DNA of 64,000 nt from an uncultured Prevotella sp. Lineage in GTDB: Bacteria > Bacteroidota > Bacteroidia > Bacteroidales > Bacteroidaceae. The stretch lies in NCBI GenBank assembly GCA_900317685.1, contig ONHQ01000007.1, positions 7,737 to 71,736 on the forward strand, written 5' to 3'. The position numbers and the translations under genes were made by a program. Shown here piece by piece: positions 39,664-49,241 of this stretch; the stretch's first letter is position 1; the number at the start of each line of letters is the position of its first letter. A model generated the notes under the pieces. It saw only the letters and a program-made list of their open reading frames with translations. It was not told the DNA's origin and did no database searches.

Positions 39664-39726
39664 TTTCGGAGACTTAATCCGAAACATTTGGCTACAAAGA
39701 TATAACTAATTTTTGACTTCACCAAA
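39664..39726 (-). promoter_or_regulatory. rep promoter with a downstream inverted-repeat, operator-like site
   Basis: Minus strand: TTTG (39726-39723), 20-nt spacer, TATCTTTG (39702-39695), then TTTCGGA-N7-TCCGAAA (39664-39684) before ATG 39652. Confidence 0.65.
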
Positions 39727-39761
39727 CGTGTGGATATAAATCTTTTGAAGTAGAGACTGTT

Positions 39762-40349
39762 CTATTCAAAATTCAGATGTTCCAACCTCTGTCTGAGCAG
39801 CTCTGCTTCTGACTTTCTGATGGCCAAAACGATCGAGCAGTCGATGTTGAAATCCTGCGCGACGATGTCGGCTTTCATATCCTTCACAACTTTCATCACA
39901 CCATTCAACATTGGGTAAGTGAAGTGGAACTCCACCTTTTCCTTGACCAGTCTATTGACAACGGAGCAGTGGGCAATCGCATCAGCAGCAGCCGTACGGT
40001 AGGCTACGATCAATCCGCCTGTCCCCAAATTCACACCACCATAATATCTGATAACACAAATGAGAATATCCGTAAGTTCATTGGAAACGATCTGTCCCAT
40101 TATCGGCTTACCAGCTGTCGACGAAGGCTCACCATCGTCGTTGGCTCGCACCTGCACCTCATCACCTACCCCAATCTGATAAGCATAGCAACAGTGGCGG
40201 GCATCGTAATATTTCTTGCGATAACTGTCGATGATCTGCTTGGCCTCATCGACCGATTCTACATGATGTGCAAAGGCGAGGAACTTACTACGCTTCTCTG
40301 TATAGTAGCCCTCGCCCGTGTTTTCTATCGTTTTATATTCGTCGTTCAT
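39762..40349 (-). CDS. YigZ/IMPACT family protein
   Basis: EKRSKF, ARHCCYAY, DDGEPSSTAG and RYYGGVNLGTGGL motifs. Confidence 0.93.
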   Translation of the reverse strand: MNDEYKTIENTGEGYYTEKRSKFLAFAHHVESVDEAKQIIDSYRKKYYDARHCCYAYQIGVGDEVQVRANDDGEPSSTAGKPIMGQIVSNELTDILICVIRYYGGVNLGTGGLIVAYRTAAADAIAHCSVVNRLVKEKVEFHFTYPMLNGVMKVVKDMKADIVAQDFNIDCSIVLAIRKSEAELLRQRLEHLNFE

Positions 40350-40372
40350 TCAAATAAATTCTTGAAACCGTT

Positions 40373-41620
40373 TTAGTCCAGACGATGTATCACCAGTCCG
40401 GAACGCAGTTTGGGTTCAAACCATGTCGCCTTTGGAGGCATGATGTTTCCTGTATCAGCAATGTTCATGATTTGCTTCATAGAAACGGGGTAAAGGGCTA
40501 AGGCCCAACGCATCTCACCACTGTCCACACGTCGTTTCAGCTCCTCCAAGCCACGCAGTCCGCCCACGAAATCGATGCGCTTGTCGCTCCGCAGATCTTT
40601 GATGCCCATGAGCTTGTCGAGAATCAGCCGGCTGGAGATGTCGACATCCAGCGACTTGATAGGATCGTTGTCGTCATAAGTCTGTGGACGGGCAACAAGA
40701 CTATACCAATGCTTGTCGAGATAGAGTGAGAACTCATGGATATGCTGTGGCTTATAGATCGTCTCTCCCTTGTCTTCAACCTCAAAATCCTCGCTGAGTT
40801 TCTTGAGAAAATCATCCGACGTCAAACCGTTGAGATCCTTGACAACACGGTTGTAGTCGAGTATCGTCAACTGACTTGCCGGAAAACAGACAGCCATGAA
40901 ATAGTTGTATTCCTCCTTTCCCGTATGATGTGGATTTTGCTTTGCCTTCTCGGCACCCACCAGTGCGGCAGCCGCAGAGCGATGATGTCCATCAGCGATA
41001 TACAGATGGGGCATCTTGGCGAATTCCGCTGTGATCGTGGCGATATCGTTCTGATCGCTGATGATCCAGAACTGATGACGGAAGCCATCATCAGGTGCCA
41101 CAAAGTCATAGACGGGTTTCGTTGCCGCATAGCGCTCAAGGAGAGCTGTCAGGACGTCATCGTCAGGGTAAGCGAAGAATACTGGTTCCATGTTGGCATT
41201 GCATACTCTGACATGCTTCATGCGGTCCTCCTCCTTGTCGCGACGGGTGAGCTCATGCTTCTTGATGACACCGGTGAGGTAATCATTGACAGAAGCAGCG
41301 ACGACCAAACCATACTGTGTCTTGCCGTTCATGGTCTGTGCATAGATGTAATAGTGCTCATCCTTATCCTGTATCAGCCAGTGCTTGTCCTGGAACTCTT
41401 GGAAATGTTCGGCAGCACTGGTGTAGACGCGAGGATCATATTCCGACGTACCCGGCTCAAAATTGATCTCCGGCTTGATGATGTGATAAAGCGACATCTC
41501 GTTGTCACCAGCCTCTTTTCTTGCCTCTTCGGAGGAGAGTACATCATAAGGCCGTGATGCCACTTTCTCTACCAAGTCCTGCGGTGGGCGAATGCCACGA
41601 AAAGGTTTAACTAATGCCAT
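40373..41620 (-). CDS. DUF1015-family protein
   Basis: KPFRG, PYDV, IKKHELT, IADGHHR and MPPKATWFEPKL motifs; serC/serA context. Confidence 0.92.
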   Translation of the reverse strand: MALVKPFRGIRPPQDLVEKVASRPYDVLSSEEARKEAGDNEMSLYHIIKPEINFEPGTSEYDPRVYTSAAEHFQEFQDKHWLIQDKDEHYYIYAQTMNGKTQYGLVVAASVNDYLTGVIKKHELTRRDKEEDRMKHVRVCNANMEPVFFAYPDDDVLTALLERYAATKPVYDFVAPDDGFRHQFWIISDQNDIATITAEFAKMPHLYIADGHHRSAAAALVGAEKAKQNPHHTGKEEYNYFMAVCFPASQLTILDYNRVVKDLNGLTSDDFLKKLSEDFEVEDKGETIYKPQHIHEFSLYLDKHWYSLVARPQTYDDNDPIKSLDVDISSRLILDKLMGIKDLRSDKRIDFVGGLRGLEELKRRVDSGEMRWALALYPVSMKQIMNIADTGNIMPPKATWFEPKLRSGLVIHRLD

Positions 41621-41673
41621 AGTAATAGACTTTAAATGTTAGCTATATAATATAAGGTGTAAAGAAAGACAAC

Positions 41674-41709
41674 GCTTCCTACCTCGCCAGACAAGGCGAA
41701 GTAGGAAGC
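41674..41709. terminator. Intergenic hairpin between the serA-like and DUF1015 genes
   Basis: GCTTCCTACCTCGCC / GGCGAAGTAGGAAGC inverted repeat. Confidence 0.55.
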
Positions 41710-41724
41710 ACTGCCCACAAGGTT

Positions 41725-42642
41725 TTATTTATTTACTTGGAATTTTGTGCAACCGTCTTTGAAGAAGGCACCGATCTGCTTTGCGGCAGCGATACCTGCG
41801 TTGATGTTGGCCTCAGCAGTCTGAGCACCCATCTTCTTAGGTGTAGAGAAGTATCTGCCCTCAAACTTCTTGAAAGCCTCGTCAGCGTCCGGCTTGATGT
41901 CAGTGATATACTTCAAGTCCTCACGCTCGGCGAGCAGCTTCAGAAGTCCTTCCTCGTCGATCACCTCCTTGCGGGCGGTGTTCAAGAGGATGCCCCCCTT
42001 CTTCATCTGATTCACAACATCGTAATTGATGCTGCCCTTTGTCTCCGGCGTGGCCGGAATATGCAGGCTGACCACATCACAAGTCTTGAAGAGATCGTCG
42101 CGGCTGTCCACAGCATGTACCCCACTCTGCTCGATAACTTCTTTTGGACAATACTCGTCGTAAGCATAGATGTCCATGTCGAAGCCCTTGGCAATGCGGG
42201 CTACATTGCGGCCGACATTTCCGAAGGCGAGGATACCCAGCTTCTTGCCTTTCAGCTCAGAGCCAGACTTGCCGTTGAAGAAATTGCGGACGGTGAAGAC
42301 AAGCAGGCCGAAGACCAACTCAGCCACGGCATTGGAGTTCTGACCCGGAGTATTCTCGACGACCACACCTTTCTCCTTGGCATAAGCCGTGTCGATAGAG
42401 TCATAACCGGCACCGGCCCTGACAACGATCTTCAGTTTTTTGGCAGCGTCGAGCACTTCTTTATCGACTTTGTCGGAACGTACGATCATAGCATCCGCAT
42501 CAGCTACTGCATCGAGCAACTGCTGCTTCTCCTGATATTTCTCAAGGAGCACGATCTCATGTCCCTCCTCTTGAGCCACCTTCTTTATGCCTTCCACTGC
42601 AGGGGCAGCAAAAGGCTTCTCTGTTGCAACTAATATTTTCAT
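41725..42642 (-). CDS. serA: D-3-phosphoglycerate dehydrogenase-like D-2-hydroxyacid dehydrogenase
   Basis: IVRS, RAGAGYD, NAVAEL, FGNVG and NTAR motifs; downstream of serC. Confidence 0.8.
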   Translation of the reverse strand: MKILVATEKPFAAPAVEGIKKVAQEEGHEIVLLEKYQEKQQLLDAVADADAMIVRSDKVDKEVLDAAKKLKIVVRAGAGYDSIDTAYAKEKGVVVENTPGQNSNAVAELVFGLLVFTVRNFFNGKSGSELKGKKLGILAFGNVGRNVARIAKGFDMDIYAYDEYCPKEVIEQSGVHAVDSRDDLFKTCDVVSLHIPATPETKGSINYDVVNQMKKGGILLNTARKEVIDEEGLLKLLAEREDLKYITDIKPDADEAFKKFEGRYFSTPKKMGAQTAEANINAGIAAAKQIGAFFKDGCTKFQVNK

Positions 42643-42659
42643 GTCGATAGTTTTAAGTA

Positions 42660-43727
42660 TTAATGCTGTGCCTCAAAATCCTTCATGCACTGAACGAGCG
42701 CATTGACACCCTCAAGTGTCTGAGCATTGTAGCAGCTTGCACGGAAGCCACCCACAGAACGGTGACCCTTGATGCCTACCATACCACGCTCTGTTGCGAA
42801 ATCGAGGAACGGCTTCTCCAAATCTTTGTACTCCTCGTTCATCACGAAGCAGAGGTTCATCACCGAACGATCCTCCACGGCAACAGTACCCTTGAAGAGC
42901 TTGTTGCGGTCGATCTCGTCGTAGACGATACGGGCACGCTCCTGAGCACGCTTGTCCATCTCCTTGACACCACCATGAGCTTTCACCCAACGCATGGTCT
43001 CAAGCACAGAGTAGATAGGCACTACTGGCGGAGTGTTGAACATAGAGCCCTTGCTGACATGGGTGTTGTAGTCGATCATCGTAGGCAACTCACGCGGAGC
43101 ACGACCGAGCTTGTCGTTCTTCAGAATGATACAGGTGACACCAGCCATACCCATATTCTTCTGGCAACCGGCATAGATAGCGTCATATTTCGACACATCG
43201 ACAGGACGGCTGAGAATATCAGAACTCATATCAGCGATCAGAGGCACCGGAGAATCAATGTCCTCACGCAGCTCTGTACCGAAGATGGTGTTGTTTGTCG
43301 TGATGTGCAGATAGTCGAGATCTGCAGGAATCGTAAAGTTCTTGGGCAGATGGCAATAGTTATCGTCAGCAGAAGAAGCCACTTCTACAGTCTCGCCGAA
43401 GTGCTTAGCCTCTTTCATAGCTTTCTTAGCCCATGTACCTGTATTGACATATCCAGCCTTCTTGATGAGGAAATTTGCCGGGATCTGCATAAACTGAAGC
43501 GAGGCACCACCACCAAGGAAGATCACTGAATAACCTTCGGGGATTTCGAGCAACTCCTTGATCAGAGCTACTGTCTCATCGACCACTGGTTGGAAGTCCT
43601 TAGCACGATGGCTGATTTCCATCAAAGAGAGTCCGGACCCATTGAAGTCCAGAATCTGCTTGGCAGTGTTTTCTATGACCTCACGGGGCAACATCGAGGG
43701 ACCCGCATTAAAGTTGTACTTCTTCAT
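42660..43727 (-). CDS. serC: Phosphoserine aminotransferase
   Basis: [31 protein letters not shown] and [11 protein letters not shown] motifs. Confidence 0.98.
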   Translation of the reverse strand: MKKYNFNAGPSMLPREVIENTAKQILDFNGSGLSLMEISHRAKDFQPVVDETVALIKELLEIPEGYSVIFLGGGASLQFMQIPANFLIKKAGYVNTGTWAKKAMKEAKHFGETVEVASSADDNYCHLPKNFTIPADLDYLHITTNNTIFGTELREDIDSPVPLIADMSSDILSRPVDVSKYDAIYAGCQKNMGMAGVTCIILKNDKLGRAPRELPTMIDYNTHVSKGSMFNTPPVVPIYSVLETMRWVKAHGGVKEMDKRAQERARIVYDEIDRNKLFKGTVAVEDRSVMNLCFVMNEEYKDLEKPFLDFATERGMVGIKGHRSVGGFRASCYNAQTLEGVNALVQCMKDFEAQH

Positions 43728-44345
43728 TTCCACTTGTTTTTAGTTAATACTTAGAGGTTATTGTACTCTCTTGCAAACTTACGAATTATTTTTTAAATCA
43801 GCAAATTTTTTGGCAACTATTTATCTTTAGTGTTATGTAAACTGTCAATCTGACACTTATTTAGCATATAGTAAGTATATTTATGAGGGCATTTAAAGAG
43901 TTGGGACAGCTTTCCTGTACACCGAAATTACACCTTATTATATATAGAGAACATTGCAGTACGTAAAAAGTGCTCTCATAAAATGACAATTGCCTCTCAT
44001 CAAGAAGCAAATAGCTTATGTTTCTCAGAAAAAAGGCACAGTGGATATTTTCATTAGTTATCTTCTCTGAAACGGTTACACAAGTTTGTAAGAACGGAAA
44101 ATAAGCCTGCCCAGAACCATTTTCCTTCCCTTCTCGGTGATTGATAACACACAGATTGGAGAAGCCTGTGCAATCTACAAGATTACACCTTTGCCTTATA
44201 CAGCATACAAAGAATTTCTGCTTCCTCTCACCAAGACCCCACGGAGATGATCAGCGCCAGATTCTCCTACGTCGAATCTTGACGCTGCCACAAAGGGAAA
44301 CCTTAAAAAGACTGGCGTGATGCCATTGTCGTTGATGACAAGCTT

Positions 44346-44415
44346 TGTTCTTATGGCCTCAAAACAGTGTTTTCACGGGGTCAAAGTTGTGTTCTTGTGA
44401 GGCTGAAACAATGTT
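44346..44415. repeat. Three degenerate 22-bp tandem units
   Basis: TGTTCTTATGGCCTCAAAACAG / TGTTTTCACGGGGTCAAAGTTG / TGTTCTTGTGAGGCTGAAACAA / TGTT. Confidence 0.5.
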
Positions 44416-44436
44416 CCCAACATTGTAATCCTATAG

Positions 44437-44488
44437 AAAAAGGTCGTTCGCTACGTAGGGAATGATCTTTTCCTGCGTAGCGAACGAT
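44437..44488 (-). terminator. Terminator after the DEAD-box helicase gene
   Basis: Stem of about 20 bp, GTCGTTCGCTACGTAGGGAA / TTTCCTGCGTAGCGAACGAT, with a T-run on the minus strand. Confidence 0.8.
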
Positions 44489-44525
44489 TGTTTGTCAAGC
44501 AGCAAAATCAATTTTAACGTATTGA

Positions 44526-45872
44526 TTACTTATCCAAGGATCTATGCACTTCAATGATCGTTTTCTGTCCCTTGATTTTCTGGCCTTTCACCTTCTTGAG
44601 CATCTTGGGTGCCACAAGGCGGGCTACCGCCACAAAAGCATAGTTGTCGTAAACATCGATGCGACCGATGTCTTTAGCCTGAAGACCGCCACATTTACAG
44701 AGGAAGCCGACAATGTCACCCTTAGAAATCTTGTCTTTTTTACCCTTGCCAATATAGATGGTGACCATCGGGGGTAACGTCGGAGCCTCATCAGCATGGT
44801 CAGAAAGGTTGTAATCCTCAACATCCGCATCGACATATTCTGGCAGCGCTTCTTCGGGGCCTAAGAGGAAGAAGGTTCTTCCGGTCTTATCCCATCGCGC
44901 CGTACGTCCAATTCTGTGGATATAATCCTGCTCGCTCTCGGGCAGATGATAATGGATGATGTTGTTGATATCCGGTATATCAATACCTCTGCTTCCCAAA
45001 TTAGTGCTCACAAGCGTATTGATGGAGTGGTTGGCAAAGAGGTAGAGATGCTCCTCTCGCTCTTTTTGCTCCAAGGCGCCTTGATAGGAAATGGCAGAGA
45101 AGCCCTGATCCAACAGATAGTTGGTCACCCGCTCCACAGCATCGCGGTAGTTCAGGAACACCACGCTGCTTTCCTGCCCTATCTGCCCAAGTAATTGAGC
45201 TAAGGCAGGCAACTTGTCCTTTTCTTCACTGTGAACCGTCAACACCTTGATGCGCTCAGCTGTAGCCTCGTCCTCGGGTCTGAAATCGAGTGTCATGATC
45301 TTGTGACCGGTTCGATAACTGTTCATCGTTGCCTCCATCTTCTCAGGCTGAGTGGCGGACAACAAAATGCGACGAGCCTTCAAGGGAATACTATGAAGGA
45401 GCGTCTCTATCTCCTGCTGGAATCCCATATCCATGCACTTGTCAAACTCATCGATGACCAGGAATGCCAACTGCTGAACATCAATATTACCTTTGGCGAT
45501 ATGGTCGTTGATACGTCCGGGCGTGCCGAAAATGATCTGTGGACACTGTTGGCGCAGCAAGCGATGCTCGTCCATAGTGGGGCGTCCTCCGTAGCAGGCC
45601 ATCGAGCGGATGCCCGAGCCGATGTTCTTCAATACGGTGTCGGACTGTAAAGCCAATTCACGTCCTGGTACGATAACAAGCGCCTGAAGAGTAGTGCTTG
45701 GCGCATCGATCTGTGCGACGACGGGCAGGAGATAAGCCAAAGTCTTACCCGTACCGGTAGGACTCAGCACCACTACATCGTCATTGCCATTCTGTACTGC
45801 ATCTATCGTGGCCGTTTGCATCTCGTTGGGCGTGATGCCGGCTTTCGCTATTAACTGGGATATATCCATCAT
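44526..45872 (-). CDS. DEAD-box RNA helicase, DbpA-like
   Basis: SPTGTGKT, TPGR, DEFD, SAT, RGID and HRIGRTAR; DbpA RNA-binding C-terminus GKKDKISKGDIVG. Confidence 0.93.
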   Translation of the reverse strand: MMDISQLIAKAGITPNEMQTATIDAVQNGNDDVVVLSPTGTGKTLAYLLPVVAQIDAPSTTLQALVIVPGRELALQSDTVLKNIGSGIRSMACYGGRPTMDEHRLLRQQCPQIIFGTPGRINDHIAKGNIDVQQLAFLVIDEFDKCMDMGFQQEIETLLHSIPLKARRILLSATQPEKMEATMNSYRTGHKIMTLDFRPEDEATAERIKVLTVHSEEKDKLPALAQLLGQIGQESSVVFLNYRDAVERVTNYLLDQGFSAISYQGALEQKEREEHLYLFANHSINTLVSTNLGSRGIDIPDINNIIHYHLPESEQDYIHRIGRTARWDKTGRTFFLLGPEEALPEYVDADVEDYNLSDHADEAPTLPPMVTIYIGKGKKDKISKGDIVGFLCKCGGLQAKDIGRIDVYDNYAFVAVARLVAPKMLKKVKGQKIKGQKTIIEVHRSLDK

Positions 45873-47062
45873 TTCAACAATTTATCGATTTCATCAAATT
45901 CCTTTCCTCTGTTGAGATTGAGGTAAATGGTGTAAAGAGGCAGTGCCCACCGGTCTTTGCGCTCGGGCTGGAGCTGCCGATATTTTTCCAAGTAAGGCAG
46001 CGCCTGCTTATAGAAGCTGATGACCTGCCCGTGTTTCTTTGCGGAGAGGACCGGATTCTTGTCCAAAGCCACTCCTTGATTAAACAGTGCCAAGCCGGCA
46101 TTGAGCCAAGCCTCAGCGACAGAGTCATTCTCATGAATAAGCGTGTCACAAAGGGCAAAGCACTCCTGATACTTACCAGTATTCAGCAAGATGATGCTCT
46201 TGGTGATGCGAAAGAGCAGGTTGTGGCGGTCCGTATCCAATGCCTGGTTGGTCATTGTCAAAGCTTGTTGCCAGTCATTCCGGGCAGAGTAGTAATCAAT
46301 CAGATGGGAGAAAAAGAAGTCGTTGAGATGGTCGCGGTCAAAACCTTCCTTGAGCGTCTTGACATATCTGACGGTGTCTCCCTCGCCCAGATAGGTTTGG
46401 GCGAGCAACTGCAACATCTGATCATAGTGAACGGTATCCTTCAGTGCCAAATAGGTATGATGAAGGGTTTGCTTACGATTTCCCATCTTGTACGACGCAT
46501 AGACAGCCCAATATGCTGCTTCTGGAAGATGCTGATCTTTCTCTGCATAATGATATGCCGAGAAAAGCGGTTGGTTGGCCGTCTCGATGTATTGGTCAAG
46601 CAGGAGATAGCCTATGTCGTATTTTTGCTTTCTGATAAAGAACCGGCCACCATTGAGGAGATTGGGCCTGATCATATTCAACAACTGAGCATGGGATTTG
46701 CGCCACTCTTTGGCATCAGACTCCTTGGGATGTGGAAGGTTAAAAAGCGAGTCGTAAGCCTCCCCATCCCGAAACATCCTGCTGGTGATATTGAAGATAG
46801 CTGCCGTATCGTATTTCTGTTTTAGATAGAGTTTCTCGTTACCATTCTCATACTGCCGGCGCTGAGCGTCAAAGAGCACGTTCCAAATCTTAGTGTTACG
46901 GCGGTTGTCAGAGTCAGCGAGCAATGTTCTCATCATCTGCTCGGCTTTCTCCAAATTAGAATTCTTTTTCACGTAATCCTTGGCAGTAGCAATTTCTTTC
47001 TTTTGTGCAAAGATTGCCACAGGAATTAAGAGAAATATCAATAGAAGTATCTTTGTTTTCAT
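45869..47062 (-). CDS. Exported TPR protein
   Basis: Signal peptide and TPR-like helices. Confidence 0.8.
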   Translation of the reverse strand: MKTKILLLIFLLIPVAIFAQKKEIATAKDYVKKNSNLEKAEQMMRTLLADSDNRRNTKIWNVLFDAQRRQYENGNEKLYLKQKYDTAAIFNITSRMFRDGEAYDSLFNLPHPKESDAKEWRKSHAQLLNMIRPNLLNGGRFFIRKQKYDIGYLLLDQYIETANQPLFSAYHYAEKDQHLPEAAYWAVYASYKMGNRKQTLHHTYLALKDTVHYDQMLQLLAQTYLGEGDTVRYVKTLKEGFDRDHLNDFFFSHLIDYYSARNDWQQALTMTNQALDTDRHNLLFRITKSIILLNTGKYQECFALCDTLIHENDSVAEAWLNAGLALFNQGVALDKNPVLSAKKHGQVISFYKQALPYLEKYRQLQPERKDRWALPLYTIYLNLNRGKEFDEIDKLLK

Positions 47063-47070
47063 ATCTGTGC

Positions 47071-48225
47071 TTATCTTCTTCTACCTCTTCTATGAGTAGT
47101 CTTTTTAGAGGTTGGCGCACTCGCGCTGTCTTTCATCTTCTGTATCGCGGCCTCGACATGCTCTGCCGCTTCTTTCCATTTCACTTGAGTCTGCCGAGGA
47201 TCCATCAGTGCAACACGGCGAAAAGCATTGCCGGCATTTTCCAGACAGACATAGCTTTCCTTGCCTTTCAGCGCCTCCTCGGGGGTAGTCGGACGATTAT
47301 CGACGTTATCTTCCGAATCCTTCCCCCACTTTTCCTGGGCCTTCTCCCCCCAGCAGATACCTATGTTGTAGACGACCTGCACCTGAGTGCTGTCTATCGT
47401 ATCAGCCTTTTCCAACGCTTTGATGGCACCATTCCAATCGTGCTTTCTCATATAGATCTCGCCCCACAACGACCAAATATTGGCATTGAGGCTGTCTTTG
47501 GCCAGCTCGTCTTTCGCAAAATTCTCCAGTTCGCATTCATGGCCAGGACGGGAGAGGTAGTCGGTCAAGAGATGGAAATAAGCTGCGTTGTCCGGTGCAT
47601 TGTCGTGCAAGGCCAACAGGGCCAATTCGTAGCGTGAAGAGTCAAGCGGCGTGCGCATGAGTTCACGCATACAGTTTACCTTAATCTCCGCAGCATCCTC
47701 AGCCATATTGGAATCGTTTAATGCAATATCGGCATAGTGGTCAGCCTCGCGAAAATGTTTCTCACCATAGGCCAGCAACGAGGCATAATAGGAAACCACA
47801 CCGAGATAGGCGTCTTGCTGCTTATCGGAAAGGCGGAACAACGGCGACGAATGAGTTTGCAGATAGAGGTGAAAGAACCTGAGTGCCATTGGATTGTCAT
47901 GACGCGCATAATACATCATGCCACCATCGATGAGGTGTTGCCTCTGGGTTCGCAACAACTTGGACAGTTGCTTGCGATACCGAGGATCGGATTTACCTTT
48001 CTTGTTAGGAAGAGCATCAAGGGAGTCACAGACCAATGCCTTTGAAAGCGCTTGGTAGAGCAACTGATAGTAAGTGACTGAATCACGTGTCTGCTCCATC
48101 TGCGGAACAAGACGGGTGATATGAGTATATAGCCGATCGGCCGAAACTTGATTGTCCTGAGATGTGGAGCAATAAGCCACGGCAATACTTGCCAGTTGTA
48201 AGAATAAAAATGCAACGAGTCTCAT
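47071..48225 (-). CDS. Exported TPR protein, paralogue of the adjacent gene
   Basis: Start at MRLVAF with a signal-like N-terminus; LIDGG...LYLQTHSSPLF mirrors LLNGG...QYIETANQPLF in the neighbour. Confidence 0.75.
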   Translation of the reverse strand: MRLVAFLFLQLASIAVAYCSTSQDNQVSADRLYTHITRLVPQMEQTRDSVTYYQLLYQALSKALVCDSLDALPNKKGKSDPRYRKQLSKLLRTQRQHLIDGGMMYYARHDNPMALRFFHLYLQTHSSPLFRLSDKQQDAYLGVVSYYASLLAYGEKHFREADHYADIALNDSNMAEDAAEIKVNCMRELMRTPLDSSRYELALLALHDNAPDNAAYFHLLTDYLSRPGHECELENFAKDELAKDSLNANIWSLWGEIYMRKHDWNGAIKALEKADTIDSTQVQVVYNIGICWGEKAQEKWGKDSEDNVDNRPTTPEEALKGKESYVCLENAGNAFRRVALMDPRQTQVKWKEAAEHVEAAIQKMKDSASAPTSKKTTHRRGRRR

Positions 48226-48322
48226 TGTACCTGATCTTTTTACATCTTCTATCTTGCGAAGATAATATAAAAAAATGAGACTCAAAAGGAAACGTATAAA
48301 GATTTATAAGTTGTTAAGGTAT

Positions 48323-49222
48323 TCACGGTCTTTGAGATTGACGCAATTGACTTAGCAGCAGATACACCTTGTAAAAACGGAGCGCCAACAAAGAAGGATG
48401 AGAAGACAAAAGATTTGCTCTCAAACGGTGATGAACAAAAGAGAGTATAGGAAAAGTGATACGCAACAAAGTTCCGCCTATCGTGCTGTCGGCAAAAGAC
48501 AATAATGACGAATAGCCTTTCAAGTCTTCACGAAACTCAACTAACACATCAATAGAATCATCTATCTTTCTGATATATGATGCGTTACTTTCGAAACGAT
48601 CAAAGAGAACCGGGTTATCTATATGCACTATGGACAGTCCTTCTTTCTCAAGACTCTTGCCAAGCATGACATCTTCGTAGCCATAGTGCCGGATGCGCTC
48701 ATCAAGCGGATGACGCAACAAAATGTCGCGGGAAACCAGTGTATTGGACAATTTGAAACTGTGATATGGGGCCTTCTGCCTGAACTTTGCATATTGGCAA
48801 TGCTCAGACGCCTTCTCATAAAGGTAGCGCAGATTGCACGCCGAACCTCTCCCTACCCTATACCCTCCACAACAGGCACAGGGCAGAAGATGAGCTGACA
48901 TGAAAGCAACATATTGACGGATAAAGTCCTTCTCCATTACCTTCAAGTCAGCATCAATCATCAACAGCCATTGTCCATGGGCTTCCCTCACCAACGCATT
49001 ACGGATGGCAGCCCGCCCGCGATTGACCCCGGTAAGCCAATAGCGGCAATGCGGCCATGTGTCGATCTGACGATTGACCTCTATCTTCTGTTGATCTGTA
49101 GAACCATCATCTCCTACGATCAACTCCCACTCCAAGCCTTGTATGTCACGACACTGCGAGGTCACAGCATGAGCCAAGGCCACACAGTCGTCATTGAAAG
49201 TAGGAATGAGAATAGAAATCAT
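48323..49222 (-). CDS. Glycosyltransferase family 2
   Basis: ISILIPTFN, DDGSTD, NRGRAAIRN, IDAD and YGYED motifs. Confidence 0.92.
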   Translation of the reverse strand: MISILIPTFNDDCVALAHAVTSQCRDIQGLEWELIVGDDGSTDQQKIEVNRQIDTWPHCRYWLTGVNRGRAAIRNALVREAHGQWLLMIDADLKVMEKDFIRQYVAFMSAHLLPCACCGGYRVGRGSACNLRYLYEKASEHCQYAKFRQKAPYHSFKLSNTLVSRDILLRHPLDERIRHYGYEDVMLGKSLEKEGLSIVHIDNPVLFDRFESNASYIRKIDDSIDVLVEFREDLKGYSSLLSFADSTIGGTLLRITFPILSFVHHRLRANLLSSHPSLLALRFYKVYLLLSQLRQSQRP

Positions 49223-49241
49223 GACAAATGCTTTGTGAGGA

